A DNA stretch of 64,000 nt from Paecilomyces variotii (Eukaryota), in assembly GCA_004022145.1 (NCBI GenBank), contig RCNU01000014.1; one strand, 5' to 3'. The first letter of the stretch is position 1, and every line of letters starts with the position of its first letter. The position numbers and the translations under genes were made by a program. A model generated the notes under the pieces. The model did no database searches, had not been told where the DNA came from, and worked only from the letters and a program-made list of their open reading frames with translations. This document shows positions 51,225 through 61,599 of this stretch, in pieces.

Positions 51225-53732
51225 TCATAATCCATTATTCTCCTGCTCCTGCATCTCTTTCTGCGCCTCCTCGACGAGCCATACACACACGTCCTGCACG
51301 TCACTCCCCACCCGCCAAGTGCCTAGAACGACACCTTCACGATCCAAGATGGATTTGGCTCGCTCCCACCGGCGTCTCCACAGCTCCTCGCGTTTGTTTG
51401 GCAACGGCGCTGGCGGGACATATGCATCGGGGTTCTCGTAATCGCTAGTGCTATTTGTGTTTGTCCTGCCGAAGTCCGGTGTAGAAGCAGAGGCCTTCAC
51501 GAGGCTCGCAGGACTAGACGACCAGGGCAGACGCTCGGAAGCATACTGGGCAGCTGCGGAGAACGCACTTGGGAGCCTCTCGGGCGGGGGTGATTTGGTA
51601 GGAGTAGTAGTAGAGGTAACGGCTGTACTTCTGCGTGGCGGAGGGACTGGTGGCGGCTGTTTTGACCGTGCTGGTTGGGCAGAAGTGGTCTCAACAGACG
51701 TTGCAGGTCGACGCAAGTTTGTCGACGGAAGGTTGTTGTAAACGCTGCTAACAGCATTTCGAACACTACTGGCGTAACTGCCTGACTGGCTTTGGTCACT
51801 CTGGTTTGTGTTTCGACTAGGCACTGGCGGCTTGCCCTGCTGTCCAGGCCTGACGGGCAGTTGTGGCCGCTGCTCTGACTGAGTTCCGCGCGAAGCAGAA
51901 AGTTGGCGCGGTTTTTCAGGTGGCACTGGTACTGGCTTCCGGCATATGTCTTCCATCGGAGTAGGGCGAGCTTCCCGTTCAGGAGATAACGATGGCCCAA
52001 GATCAGTAGAAGCCTTGCGCAGTGTAGGCGGCTTTGATGGCTTCACAGGAGGCAGTTTGCTGCTTGTCGAGTTCACAGCATTAGAATTGCTTTTCGCAGG
52101 CTCCGGTTCATTCAAGTCAATCAAGTCAGCGTTCTTGGTGGTCCTCGCATCGGGCTCCGAAGGAACTCGACGAGGCGGTAATGCCGGCCGGTTCTCGGCT
52201 GCATCTGAGTGATCGATCAACTGGCCTGTACTGCGGTTCTGCTTGGCTACTGCCTCGATATGATCGGCAGACTTGTCGAAGAACCTTTTCTGTACAGGTG
52301 TCGTGACGTCTCGAATGAAGATCCCGAGTATTCTACCTGGATATGCCAAAACAATGTCCGTGTAGACCTCGAGATCAGCCTCGCCGCTGTCACCGACAAG
52401 AATGAACTTGCGCTCAGGAAAGTCGCCTAAGATCTTTTCTAACGATCCTCTCTTCCTCTCAGCTGTAGGCTCAAAGATACCTTGGAGCATCCCACTATAT
52501 TGTTTCAGATGAAACGAGCCCGGTGGTAGACCTGCCAGTTTGAAGTAGGTCTCCAGAAGAGGGTAGAGCTGCCATGGCGAATTCGAAACGTAATGCATAG
52601 TCACGCCCATGCTCGCCAGTTTCGAGTACCATTCACGGACCCCTTCTACGGTGAGATCTTGTAACTCTCGCACGAACGTGTTCCTAAAGATCTCCCTAGC
52701 CCCGCTAGCAATGGCCGAGTGCTTGATAGTGTCGTCAATGTCACTGATCAAACTGACACCTTTTGGCTCCGTGATCTGCACTGGCTTTGAAGCAGATAGC
52801 TTATCGGAGGCAAGGACACGGATCTCAGTGGGCACAAATGGCAATGCTGCTTTCAAAGAAAAATGACCGGACTCGTTCGTCACGATGTTTCGCGACTGAC
52901 TTTGCTCAGCGTTAAAAAAGAAAACAGTCACAGGAACCCCGACCACGGGAGTCGCCAGAAAGGGACGCATTCTTTCCATCAAATATTTATTGGCCTTAAC
53001 CAACTCATCCTTTCCCATAGATGGGATGGTCACTGTCGACGAACTTCGACCGGACACTCGTCCTTGACGCTCATCGGATGCGGCGCCTCTCCATGCATCA
53101 TCAGCATGGCCTTCTGCTTCATTGATTAGGCTTTGTGCTTGTCCATTCACAAGGTCTTCTTCTTGGTTGGTCGGCTGAGTAGCCTTGTCAGCCAACGGCG
53201 GCGGTTGGCTTGACTCGCGACTGTTTCCTGGGGTTGGCGCTGGAACACCACTCAATCTTCTCGCGAGCGCAATCAAGAGTCGGTGCTTCCGAGTCAATGG
53301 TCCTCGCTGCGGCATATATATCCAACCGCGTACATCAACATCCGCGATTGCATGCTGATCCTCGTACGTGTCCCACTGTTCCCTCCAATATTGCTCTTGC
53401 CCGCTTTGATCTAGGTCGGCATCGTCCCCAAAGGATGACTCCTGGGGCCCATTCCTTCGAACTTCGGGCTTCTTCCTCACATGCCTCCTCGCGTAGCTGG
53501 GGAATATGACCATTTCCTCATCGCCGGACCGCGCAACCTCAACGTCCGGGAAAGCACCAGGAACCCTATTCCCTTCATCGTAGTCATAGTCTTGAGTAGT
53601 TCCCCGCATCAGTTGCGCAGCATAGGACTGGCGCAACTCATTTGCTGCTTTGAGATACCCATAGACTTTTTTCCTGCGCGCCCCAGGCTCCCTCTCGCCT
53701 CCCCACGACCCTGCTGAATTGTACTGCGCCAT
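51225..53732 (-). CDS. app1: App1-like phosphatidate phosphatase / actin patch protein
   Basis: ISDIDDTIK (DxDxT), HYVSNSPWQLY, ILVGDSGEADLE, IFIRDV, Pro-rich SH3-ligand tail. Confidence 0.9.
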   Translation of the reverse strand: MAQYNSAGSWGGEREPGARRKKVYGYLKAANELRQSYAAQLMRGTTQDYDYDEGNRVPGAFPDVEVARSGDEEMVIFPSYARRHVRKKPEVRRNGPQESSFGDDADLDQSGQEQYWREQWDTYEDQHAIADVDVRGWIYMPQRGPLTRKHRLLIALARRLSGVPAPTPGNSRESSQPPPLADKATQPTNQEEDLVNGQAQSLINEAEGHADDAWRGAASDERQGRVSGRSSSTVTIPSMGKDELVKANKYLMERMRPFLATPVVGVPVTVFFFNAEQSQSRNIVTNESGHFSLKAALPFVPTEIRVLASDKLSASKPVQITEPKGVSLISDIDDTIKHSAIASGAREIFRNTFVRELQDLTVEGVREWYSKLASMGVTMHYVSNSPWQLYPLLETYFKLAGLPPGSFHLKQYSGMLQGIFEPTAERKRGSLEKILGDFPERKFILVGDSGEADLEVYTDIVLAYPGRILGIFIRDVTTPVQKRFFDKSADHIEAVAKQNRSTGQLIDHSDAAENRPALPPRRVPSEPDARTTKNADLIDLNEPEPAKSNSNAVNSTSSKLPPVKPSKPPTLRKASTDLGPSLSPEREARPTPMEDICRKPVPVPPEKPRQLSASRGTQSEQRPQLPVRPGQQGKPPVPSRNTNQSDQSQSGSYASSVRNAVSSVYNNLPSTNLRRPATSVETTSAQPARSKQPPPVPPPRRSTAVTSTTTPTKSPPPERLPSAFSAAAQYASERLPWSSSPASLVKASASTPDFGRTNTNSTSDYENPDAYVPPAPLPNKREELWRRRWERAKSILDREGVVLGTWRVGSDVQDVCVWLVEEAQKEMQEQENNGL

Positions 53733-55349
53733 CCGGCCACCATCCGCATATTTCGAGGGCAGTCTTGTGGCGTGTGATACACCGTCACGTTTTCCAGACG
53801 TCCCTGCAAGACCAGCAGTCGGAATCAGTCCCTTCGGTCTCCTCCTTCCGAAAAGGAACGAGACGAGCCCCCTACCACCAGCAGTTGTTCTCCTCCGGCG
53901 AGCCCTTTCCTGCCCAGCAACTATCGCTCTGTATACCCGTGACTGCGCACGATGGCGAAACGAAGGGATCAGCTCGTGTCGGATACCCCAGAGACGAGCT
54001 CGAGCGCGGCGCGGCGCCTGGGGGCCGAAGAGCGCACGTAAAAAGAACGAGAGGACACCTCCGAAGACCTTTCGTTTTCGATCTAGAAAGCGATATGGAG
54101 CGGAAAGGGGTCGATATTGCGGATGATGGCGTGGGAGGGGGGAAGACGCCGGAGCCCGAAAGCGGCTGGGGAAGCGCGGTGAAGGAGCCAGATTCTCGTC
54201 GTAGCGGTCTCGTTTCCGTCAGAGAGAGTCTCGAGCTTCAGAGTCGTCCGAAACTCCTTTTCCACTGCTTGAGGAGTGTTATGCAGCAGAGGTGTGCGCT
54301 GAGGTCTGTGTTGACAGTATTGGCCGAGACCCGGAAGTCGCTTCGGAACGTGACACAACAGGACGCCAGTGCTTAATGTGAGGAGTAGCACTGGTAATGA
54401 ACGTTAATTAATATGACAGTGAGCGTCAAAGAAGTGGGATAAAGGTTTTGTAGCAAATTGACCAGAATCTCGAGACAAAGCGACACGAGGCTGGGAAATC
54501 CCAAGAGTTATGACGACTTGCTGTGGGTCACGCTTTGGCCGGAGAATCCGCTCACTACAAGATGAAATGAACACATATATCCAGAAAGAAAAGAGTCTGG
54601 CTATGCTGTAGTACTGGTTCCACTTAATATACAATATATGTTCTGTCTCGCTATCAACTTCTGCAGGGCTACTTTTTTTAATACAAGATCTTCCACACTG
54701 TTGGAGTGGGCTCCCGGTCTAGAACAGCGCTGACAGGTGCTAGTGTACAGTATGATACAGGGCAACCAGTGCGGTCATGGAGACATATACATCCCTCTCA
54801 GATGGTGAAGAAACTAAGTGATGGTAACACGGTACAAATAAATGGGAAGGAATGCGACAAGACTCGATCAAACACTGAAAGAGCGAGATGGTCCGTCCAG
54901 CAACTTTTGGCTCCTGGACGAAGAAGTAGCTGGAGAGATTTCAACTGCAGTAGACGGCAGTTGGGGTCCAAGAATGGAATCAAGAACAAAGACTGCGATA
55001 ATTACCCCTGGAGCCGCCCCAGCTATCGAAGAACCCAGCTGGTGAACGCCAGTCCTTTGACATCCTGAGCGGAGAGGAATGCTAACCCTGGCCTGGGTCT
55101 ATTCCACAGCCCGTGGGGAAATTTATATTTAGGCGTGGCTGCTTGAAAGATCATATGCTCGAAGGTATAGCGAGGTTCCCCCCAGGAAATGAGGAATCGG
55201 ATCGTTTCTTCATCGAGGCACAGAGGTAGACAAGAATCTACCCTCCCAGTGAACATGGCATCATCAATGAATATCCATCGTTCTTACCTTAGCAGCAATG
55301 TGCGGCTTGATATGAATAGAGAATCAACTTAAGTTGTTGATGCGCCGCA

Positions 55350-57674
55350 TTACCCTGTGTCATCTTCGGCATAATTGACCTTCTTTGCGCGTCGACTTCG
55401 ACGTGCCGGCGTGGTCTGTGCTGGAGATGGTGCAGCTTCAGAGGCGTCCGACAAGCCGATATCCTCCTCATCCGAAGCTGATGATACAGATGCTGGGCTT
55501 ATAGCCTTCCTCTTCCTGGTAACCGCCTTTTTGGCACTCTGCGTGCTAGCGCTCTTCTTTCCACCTTTGGCCTTAGGGGTCTCCGTGACATCGTCTTCAC
55601 CATCTCCATTGGATGGTGCGTTGCTGGCTTTAGCCTTCCGGCCCTTGGAGGGACTCGCAACTGATTTGAGTCGTACGACCTTCTTCGGGCGCAGCCATTC
55701 CTCCATTCCAGGAGGCCAGTAGACCCGCCGTTCAGGACCACCCATTCCGACTTCATCTTCCGGAACAACCGGCGGTGGCGGCACAAGTTGTTCGAGATCA
55801 ACAAAGCCGTTGTTCTTCTTCGGAGACTTCCTTGGCGTTTTGACAGGCTTGTTTTCGTCGTTTCGCACGTGGGGTATCATGTCATTGAAAAGATCATATC
55901 CTGGTAGCTTGAATGTCCTCATAAGCTCGAATACAGCTTGTTCTTTGTCCTTGGCTTCGATCATCAAATCCATGGTCGGGTCGCAAGGAGGAAGCGTCGC
56001 TACGCGCGGGTTATGCTTCCGCCGCTGTCGGTTGGTGATAGCAGACGGCGTGGGTTCCGAATAGTGCATTTTCTGTGTGATTCCCTTTCGCGTCCATGTG
56101 GCCTTGATCCGATCGTATAGTGACATAATGTCCAGAGTACCTTCGCGGACCTTATCAGAGTCGAAGATAATGTTATGATGGTGAAAATCGAGGACGAGCG
56201 GTATGTTCAGTTCTTCGCAGATGGGCAACAGATCATGGACCGACCAGCTGACGTCGTCGTTCTCGAGTACGAGCCTGTTCTTTATATCCTGCGACAATTC
56301 CTTATAATTCTTGCGAAACCGATCTAATGTAGCGGCCTTGTCGCCAAACACCCCGCCCATATGGAGAATCATGACTGCATCACGGTCCTGCTGCGGTGGA
56401 AGCTTCAGCAGCTGCAGCATCTCCGAGTGATATTCAAGATCCCGGACGGAACTCTCGATCACTTGCTTACGTGGTGATCCTAGCTGGGTAAACTGCGACA
56501 GTGTCAGGAATATACTATACGTGTACATCGGGACGTCAGTCATACCTGGCCCGGATGCGTAGTAAGACGGTGTCCCAGTTCCGCCGCGACTCGACCAGCT
56601 TCAGCAAGGACTTCGGAGGCAAATGGGGCAAGCCGATAACCGTAGACCTCATGGCTTGCAAATGGGAACATCTCGCTGCTCAGACGCATAAATTTAATTC
56701 CGTATTTATCGTTCCATCTCAGCATCTTGACAATGTCTCTTGCGTTCGCAAGCCCTAGTGCCTGCACATAGGCCATTCCTCGTGCCTCATCCGCCGGTTG
56801 GTCCCGGTCCGGGCGGTTCTTGGTAGGATGAGCAGGCTGAGTAGGGTCCTTGAGAGGATGACGGTTTTCCAGGATTGATGCTATACGACATGTCCGCGAA
56901 CTGAATACGGGAGGATTGGAGTACCGCAAATAGGTGTTTAAGCAAGCCTTTACGCATAAGTCTCGTCCAGAAAAGACACAGCTATATGGTAGATCTTACA
57001 TATCCTAAACGGCCCTTCCAAGGTAGTGGTAGATAGCCACTGTTGACCGGTGGCGGTCTCGACAGTGCCTCCTTGAACTCTTCCGGATCGACAGGTACAT
57101 CCTCGTCTGATTCGGGGTCCATCGATAGTTCCTTCTGATGGCGTTGAGTTTCTGTTCCAACGTTCGACGGTGAATCCGGCGCATTGCCGTCGCGCTGATT
57201 CACTTGCGCCAGAAAATCTGGTGCTGATAGATCGTTCTCCTCGACCGTAGGGACAGATAGTTCGACAACAGCGCCATTCTCGCGGTTGCCGGTGGCAGGC
57301 CGTTTGGTGCGAGCCATGGATTCTTCAATTTCTTCAGGCGACCCTCCAGGCGACGACAGTGAGATTGTCGAGTCTTCGGGAGCGAGGGGAATTCCTGACG
57401 AGGAATGCGCAACCACAGCAGCCGATCTAGAACTTGCTGTGTGGAGGGCAGCGAAGTTCACGTAAACTGGGCCATGGCCAAGACCATGAGCAGTAGATCT
57501 GCGGTAGTTTGCCACAGCAGTGACCGGCTGGTCAGCGCAAACTATCCACCTACTACCAAGGCAGAGACACCGGCCGGATTCCACGAGCCCGTGGGAACGA
57601 TAGGCATGTCGCGATCGAAGCGCTCGAGCTGACGACGACGTGCCCTGCTGCCGCGAATATCGAAGTAGCAGCAT
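55350..57674 (-). CDS. uvsE: UV-damage endonuclease (UVDE/Uve1/mus-18)
   Basis: PWKGRLGY|ACLNT, FMRLSSEMFPFASH, RLTTHPGQ|FTQLGSP, LENDD, LDFHHH, QKMHYSE, DLMIEAKDKEQAV; alternative start at 57317. Confidence 0.95.
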
Positions 57675-58831
57675 CCAGTAGTGGAAAAGAATCGATCGAC
57701 CAGAATGGTCTATATGCGAAACGTCGCAGCAGCAATGGGAGCGCGAAAGGCCATCGTCAATGAAATGAAGGAGGAAGAATACGCGCCCTGGTTGGGATCT
57801 TTTCTTACGCCACCTCTTGGCTCGCCGATCTGGGGCTGCTGCTTAATAAATCCATAACCAACGACGTTTGTGCTATGCGCGTGCCCTCTGGCGCGGTCTG
57901 TTTCACGCGTCTCAACTTCAAGTCTTCAAATGAGTCAAAGGCGTCCGGCGCGAACAGATTCCAGTGGATGGACTCGATGGAGCGTTTTGGTGTTTTAGTG
58001 CCGATCCTGCTGCGGGGCATTCGATGTAGATCGTGTTGGTTGATGCTGCTCAGAAGCCAATAACGCCATGTACCTGCAGCAACATCAGAACTTCAGGGAT
58101 ACCTGCTAGCCACAGACACGATTCAGGAACGTCCAATTTGTTTTGCGATTCGTTACTGGTGTGGACAAGCTTTCCGTGCAGGCTCTCCGGAGTATGTATG
58201 GTCTTCGGTGATCATCAGCCATATGGGCGGCATTCCTCGCGCTCCAGCGGTATAGATGGCCTCCACACCCATGCCATCCCAGGTCCATTCCTCCTTATGG
58301 CGCTGGAGATGGGGGATTCCGGGATGCGCGCAGATGCGTGGTCCGCAGAGACTCTTTCAGGGGATTAGATGAAGATAAATTGATGCTGTCCCATCACCAG
58401 TCATACTTCATCACCGCCATCGCCCTCACTCATCCTTGGATTAACTCTTCGAGAAGGAGCCCCATTTATAGACACAATCACTTTGTCTATTATACAGCTT
58501 TGTACGAGTTTACGCCTTTTACGATCTTGACGGCTAGTTACAGGTATGTCGTTATTCTTTGTCCTTCAGCACCAACCCAGCTGTCGGGAGTACCCGTATT
58601 GTATACAATGACATTGTCCAAAATCAAAACATTGCATGGATTAACTATACATAATTCAATACCCAGTTATAGTATGCGAGCTAACACGTCATCTAGATTA
58701 CGGTCTGTGATTTACTTAATATCGAGTTCGTCAAAAAAGTATCAATTCAACAAACGCTATATACAACCGCACATTGCCCTGGAAGGCAGTGTCACGACAA
58801 TCTACTATATTCCTCGACCAACTGTGCCATC

Positions 58832-59884
58832 ATGATCACGAAGAACATCTTCCTCGTCGGTGCCCTGCTGGCCTCTTCCGTCTGCGGGCACATGCAGATG
58901 AGCAAACCCTATCCCATTCGCAGTCCACTAAACCCGAACGGAGGCCAAAACAAGGATTATTCCTACACGAATCCTCTGTCATCCTCCGGCTCTGACTATC
59001 CTTGCAAAGGGTATGCCAATGATCCTTTCCAGTCAGTCGCCAATTACACAGCTGGATCTCAGTATGACTTGGAGCTCACTGGTAGCGCTACCCACGGTGG
59101 TGGCTCTTGCCAGCTGTCGCTGTCCTACGACAAGGGCAAATCGTTCAAGGTGATCAAATCCATGGAGGGAGGATGCCCTATCACCAAGAAATACGACTTC
59201 AAGATCCCCTCCGATGCCCCCAGCGGAGAGGCTCTGTTGGCTTGGACGTGGTTCAACAAAATCGGTAACCGTGAGATGTACATGAACTGCGCACAGGTTA
59301 CTATCCAGGGTTCGTCCTCCTCAAAACGCTCGCATGCCCGCGATCTCCGCGCCAAGAAGCTCGCTGCTCGCACTTCTTTTGACAGTCTGCCCCCGATCTT
59401 TTTGGCCAACATCAACGCTGAGGGCCAGTGCACTACCACTGCGAGTGAGGAGGTCAACTTCCCGCTACCTGGAGACGATGTCCAGGGCACTGTGTCTGGA
59501 AAGGGTTACACCTGCAAGGGAACTGCTCCATTCCTTGGAAGCTCGTCCAGCTCGTCCAGTTCTAGCTCCAGCTCATCGGACAGCTCTTCCACCACTTCGA
59601 GTTCTTCGAGCCCCAGCAGCTCTGCCTCTCCGTCGTCGTCCTCCAGTTCTTCTGGTTCTTCAAGCTCGTCTCCTGCCTCGGCGAAGGTCGTTCCCACGCC
59701 CGTCCCGACTCCCTCATCTTCTGCGGTTTCCCAAGCTCCGGCTAGTGGCTCATGCACCTCTGGAGGCATTGTGTGCTCTGGTGATGGAAAATCCTTCTTC
59801 ATGTGCGACCACAACGGCCTCAAATCGATGGGTAGCGTGGCTGCGGGCACGAAATGCAAGAACGGTGCCATTATGGCCGTCTAA
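58832..59884 (+). CDS. Secreted AA11 lytic polysaccharide monooxygenase with Ser-rich linker and Cys-rich C-terminal module
   Basis: Signal peptide ending SVCG then His1 (HMQM), DYPCK, ATHGGGSCQ, AWTWFNKIGNREMYMNCA; 4-Cys C-terminal X278/CBM-like module. Confidence 0.9.
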   Translation: MITKNIFLVGALLASSVCGHMQMSKPYPIRSPLNPNGGQNKDYSYTNPLSSSGSDYPCKGYANDPFQSVANYTAGSQYDLELTGSATHGGGSCQLSLSYDKGKSFKVIKSMEGGCPITKKYDFKIPSDAPSGEALLAWTWFNKIGNREMYMNCAQVTIQGSSSSKRSHARDLRAKKLAARTSFDSLPPIFLANINAEGQCTTTASEEVNFPLPGDDVQGTVSGKGYTCKGTAPFLGSSSSSSSSSSSSSDSSSTTSSSSSPSSSASPSSSSSSSGSSSSSPASAKVVPTPVPTPSSSAVSQAPASGSCTSGGIVCSGDGKSFFMCDHNGLKSMGSVAAGTKCKNGAIMAV

Positions 59885-60419
59885 ACTTCCACTGCGACCC
59901 GGCCCATATTATCGCTCAACACTGCCTAATCGCAGGCATGTTTCTCGCCTCAGATCTATCCTGACGCACGTCTTCCCCTCAGGCCTTGCTGGTCCATGGT
60001 CTTTCTCTACTTATAACGCAGCTGCCTGGAGCAAGCTACCATTATATGATGTCACGCACCGTTCTCGCTTCCCTTTTTTTTGCAAATTCCCCCCTTTTCA
60101 TGGAATAGCCTGTTGTTTTCACACATGCACAGTTGTGAAAGTTCCTTTTGGTTCTGAGTGACGTTTAAATGAGTCCCAAACACTTTTCTTGTACGTTCTA
60201 TGTGACGATGTCGGCGAGCAGTCTGTTTATTCCATTTTCTCCTGCGAATTTTTTAGTAGCTTAGCTTAGATAGTAGGTAGTTTAGAACATGTCCAAAAAT
60301 TAATGACAACTTATTTTCTCTCAAGATATCTTCGCATTTATCTCCCATACTAAATATCTTTGAGCATATTCTTACAGATTCCGTCCGGAGAAGTGTGATT
60401 CCATACTGTCACTGGGGTA

Positions 60420-61080
60420 ATTCCCATCGGCACTTTATCAGACACTTCACTATAACGCAGTCTTGTCTTATGTGTGATCCATTCTATTAATCTCTCATAA
60501 TACATCAGAATGCCTACGCATACATATACGCACAGATACATGCATGTCCACACAACATCGCCGACGAAGATGCGCACGAGCAAAACAAAAGGTCCGCTTT
60601 GCAATGGTCCAAGGAATGGAGCTTCCACGGCGCAGTTGTAGACTAGTTACGCTGGCCTCAAGTTCTGTATCATCATCCTGCGTCTAAACTCGTCCCTCAA
60701 AGTATCAATACTGAAAGGAACTGCCGCATTGCCACGAACACGCTTCACAGTGGGAGTGGAAACACTCAGAACGCAAGGGCGTTTCTTACTGCTAATCGGC
60801 AGCTTCTCGTCGCTAGATTCAGCAGAGTCCTCGAGTTCCTTAGGAAAACTATTACGATCAACGGTATTAGGCACGTTGTTATCTATACAATCAATATAAT
60901 CTGGGGGAAGGAACAATGCAGCAACTTACGCAAAGAACATTATTGGCTCTGTTTGCTAAAATGGATATAATTGGCATAAAGCTATACCGGGTACAGATAG
61001 CCTTAGGTAACTATAGATATCTCTTAGTAATCAACTTTCTTCTTCTGGACAACATCTGGTAGCATGTTTAAAAATCCAGA
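60420..61080 (-). mobile_element. Probable decayed PIF/Harbinger-like element (Myb/SANT-like ORF relic plus transposase N-terminal relic)
   Basis: Stop-interrupted YPF*QTEPIMFFA*VAALF...KRVRGNAAV..IDTL and downstream YERLIEWITHKTRLRYSEVS resemble the two Harbinger ORFs. Confidence 0.4.
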
Positions 61081-61599
61081 TTAAGCAATAACGAGGGGAT
61101 TACGCAGGCCTAGAAGGCTACGGCCTGAATGGGCCAATGCTATTATGCCGTAATATATTGCGATAATCGCTGCATTGCTGCATGCAGAGAAGCCCAAAAC
61201 GCAATACAGCTGCAATTTCCGGTGGTACATCTTCCTATACCGCTGTGGATGGAGCATTCGTTATATCGTCAAGTTGTCGTACAGCGCAAAGTCGCAATTC
61301 GACATCTGTTCACTATACAATCAGCACAATCTGGGGAGGGGAAGGAGCAATATAACAACTCACCTAACGAACACTGTCCCTGCTTGGAGAAATGGACATA
61401 ATTAGCGCAGACACTGTTTGCAACCCCAGGTACTGATATATAACGACGGTATAGCCTGAGGGCCATCTTTAAGCCATGACGCTTTATTTTATTTTTGCTG
61501 TGACACGCATCGATTGCTTTTAGGTTATTGCACTGATCATAAGCTGTGATTGTTAGCAATGGTTACAATATTATGACATATACTCACGAGGTTCGTTGA

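Noticed and set aside
53719-54391. Overlapping 100-200 aa ORFs upstream of app1
   Set aside because: GC-rich 5'UTR/promoter DNA with non-ATG starts and no motifs
54700-55260. Possible F-box-like relic (FLSAQDVKGLAFTSWVLR) between app1 and uvsE
   Set aside because: Resemblance too short and interrupted by stops
59334-60161. 275-aa alternative-frame ORF overlapping the LPMO
   Set aside because: By-product of the Ser-repeat, C-rich codon usage
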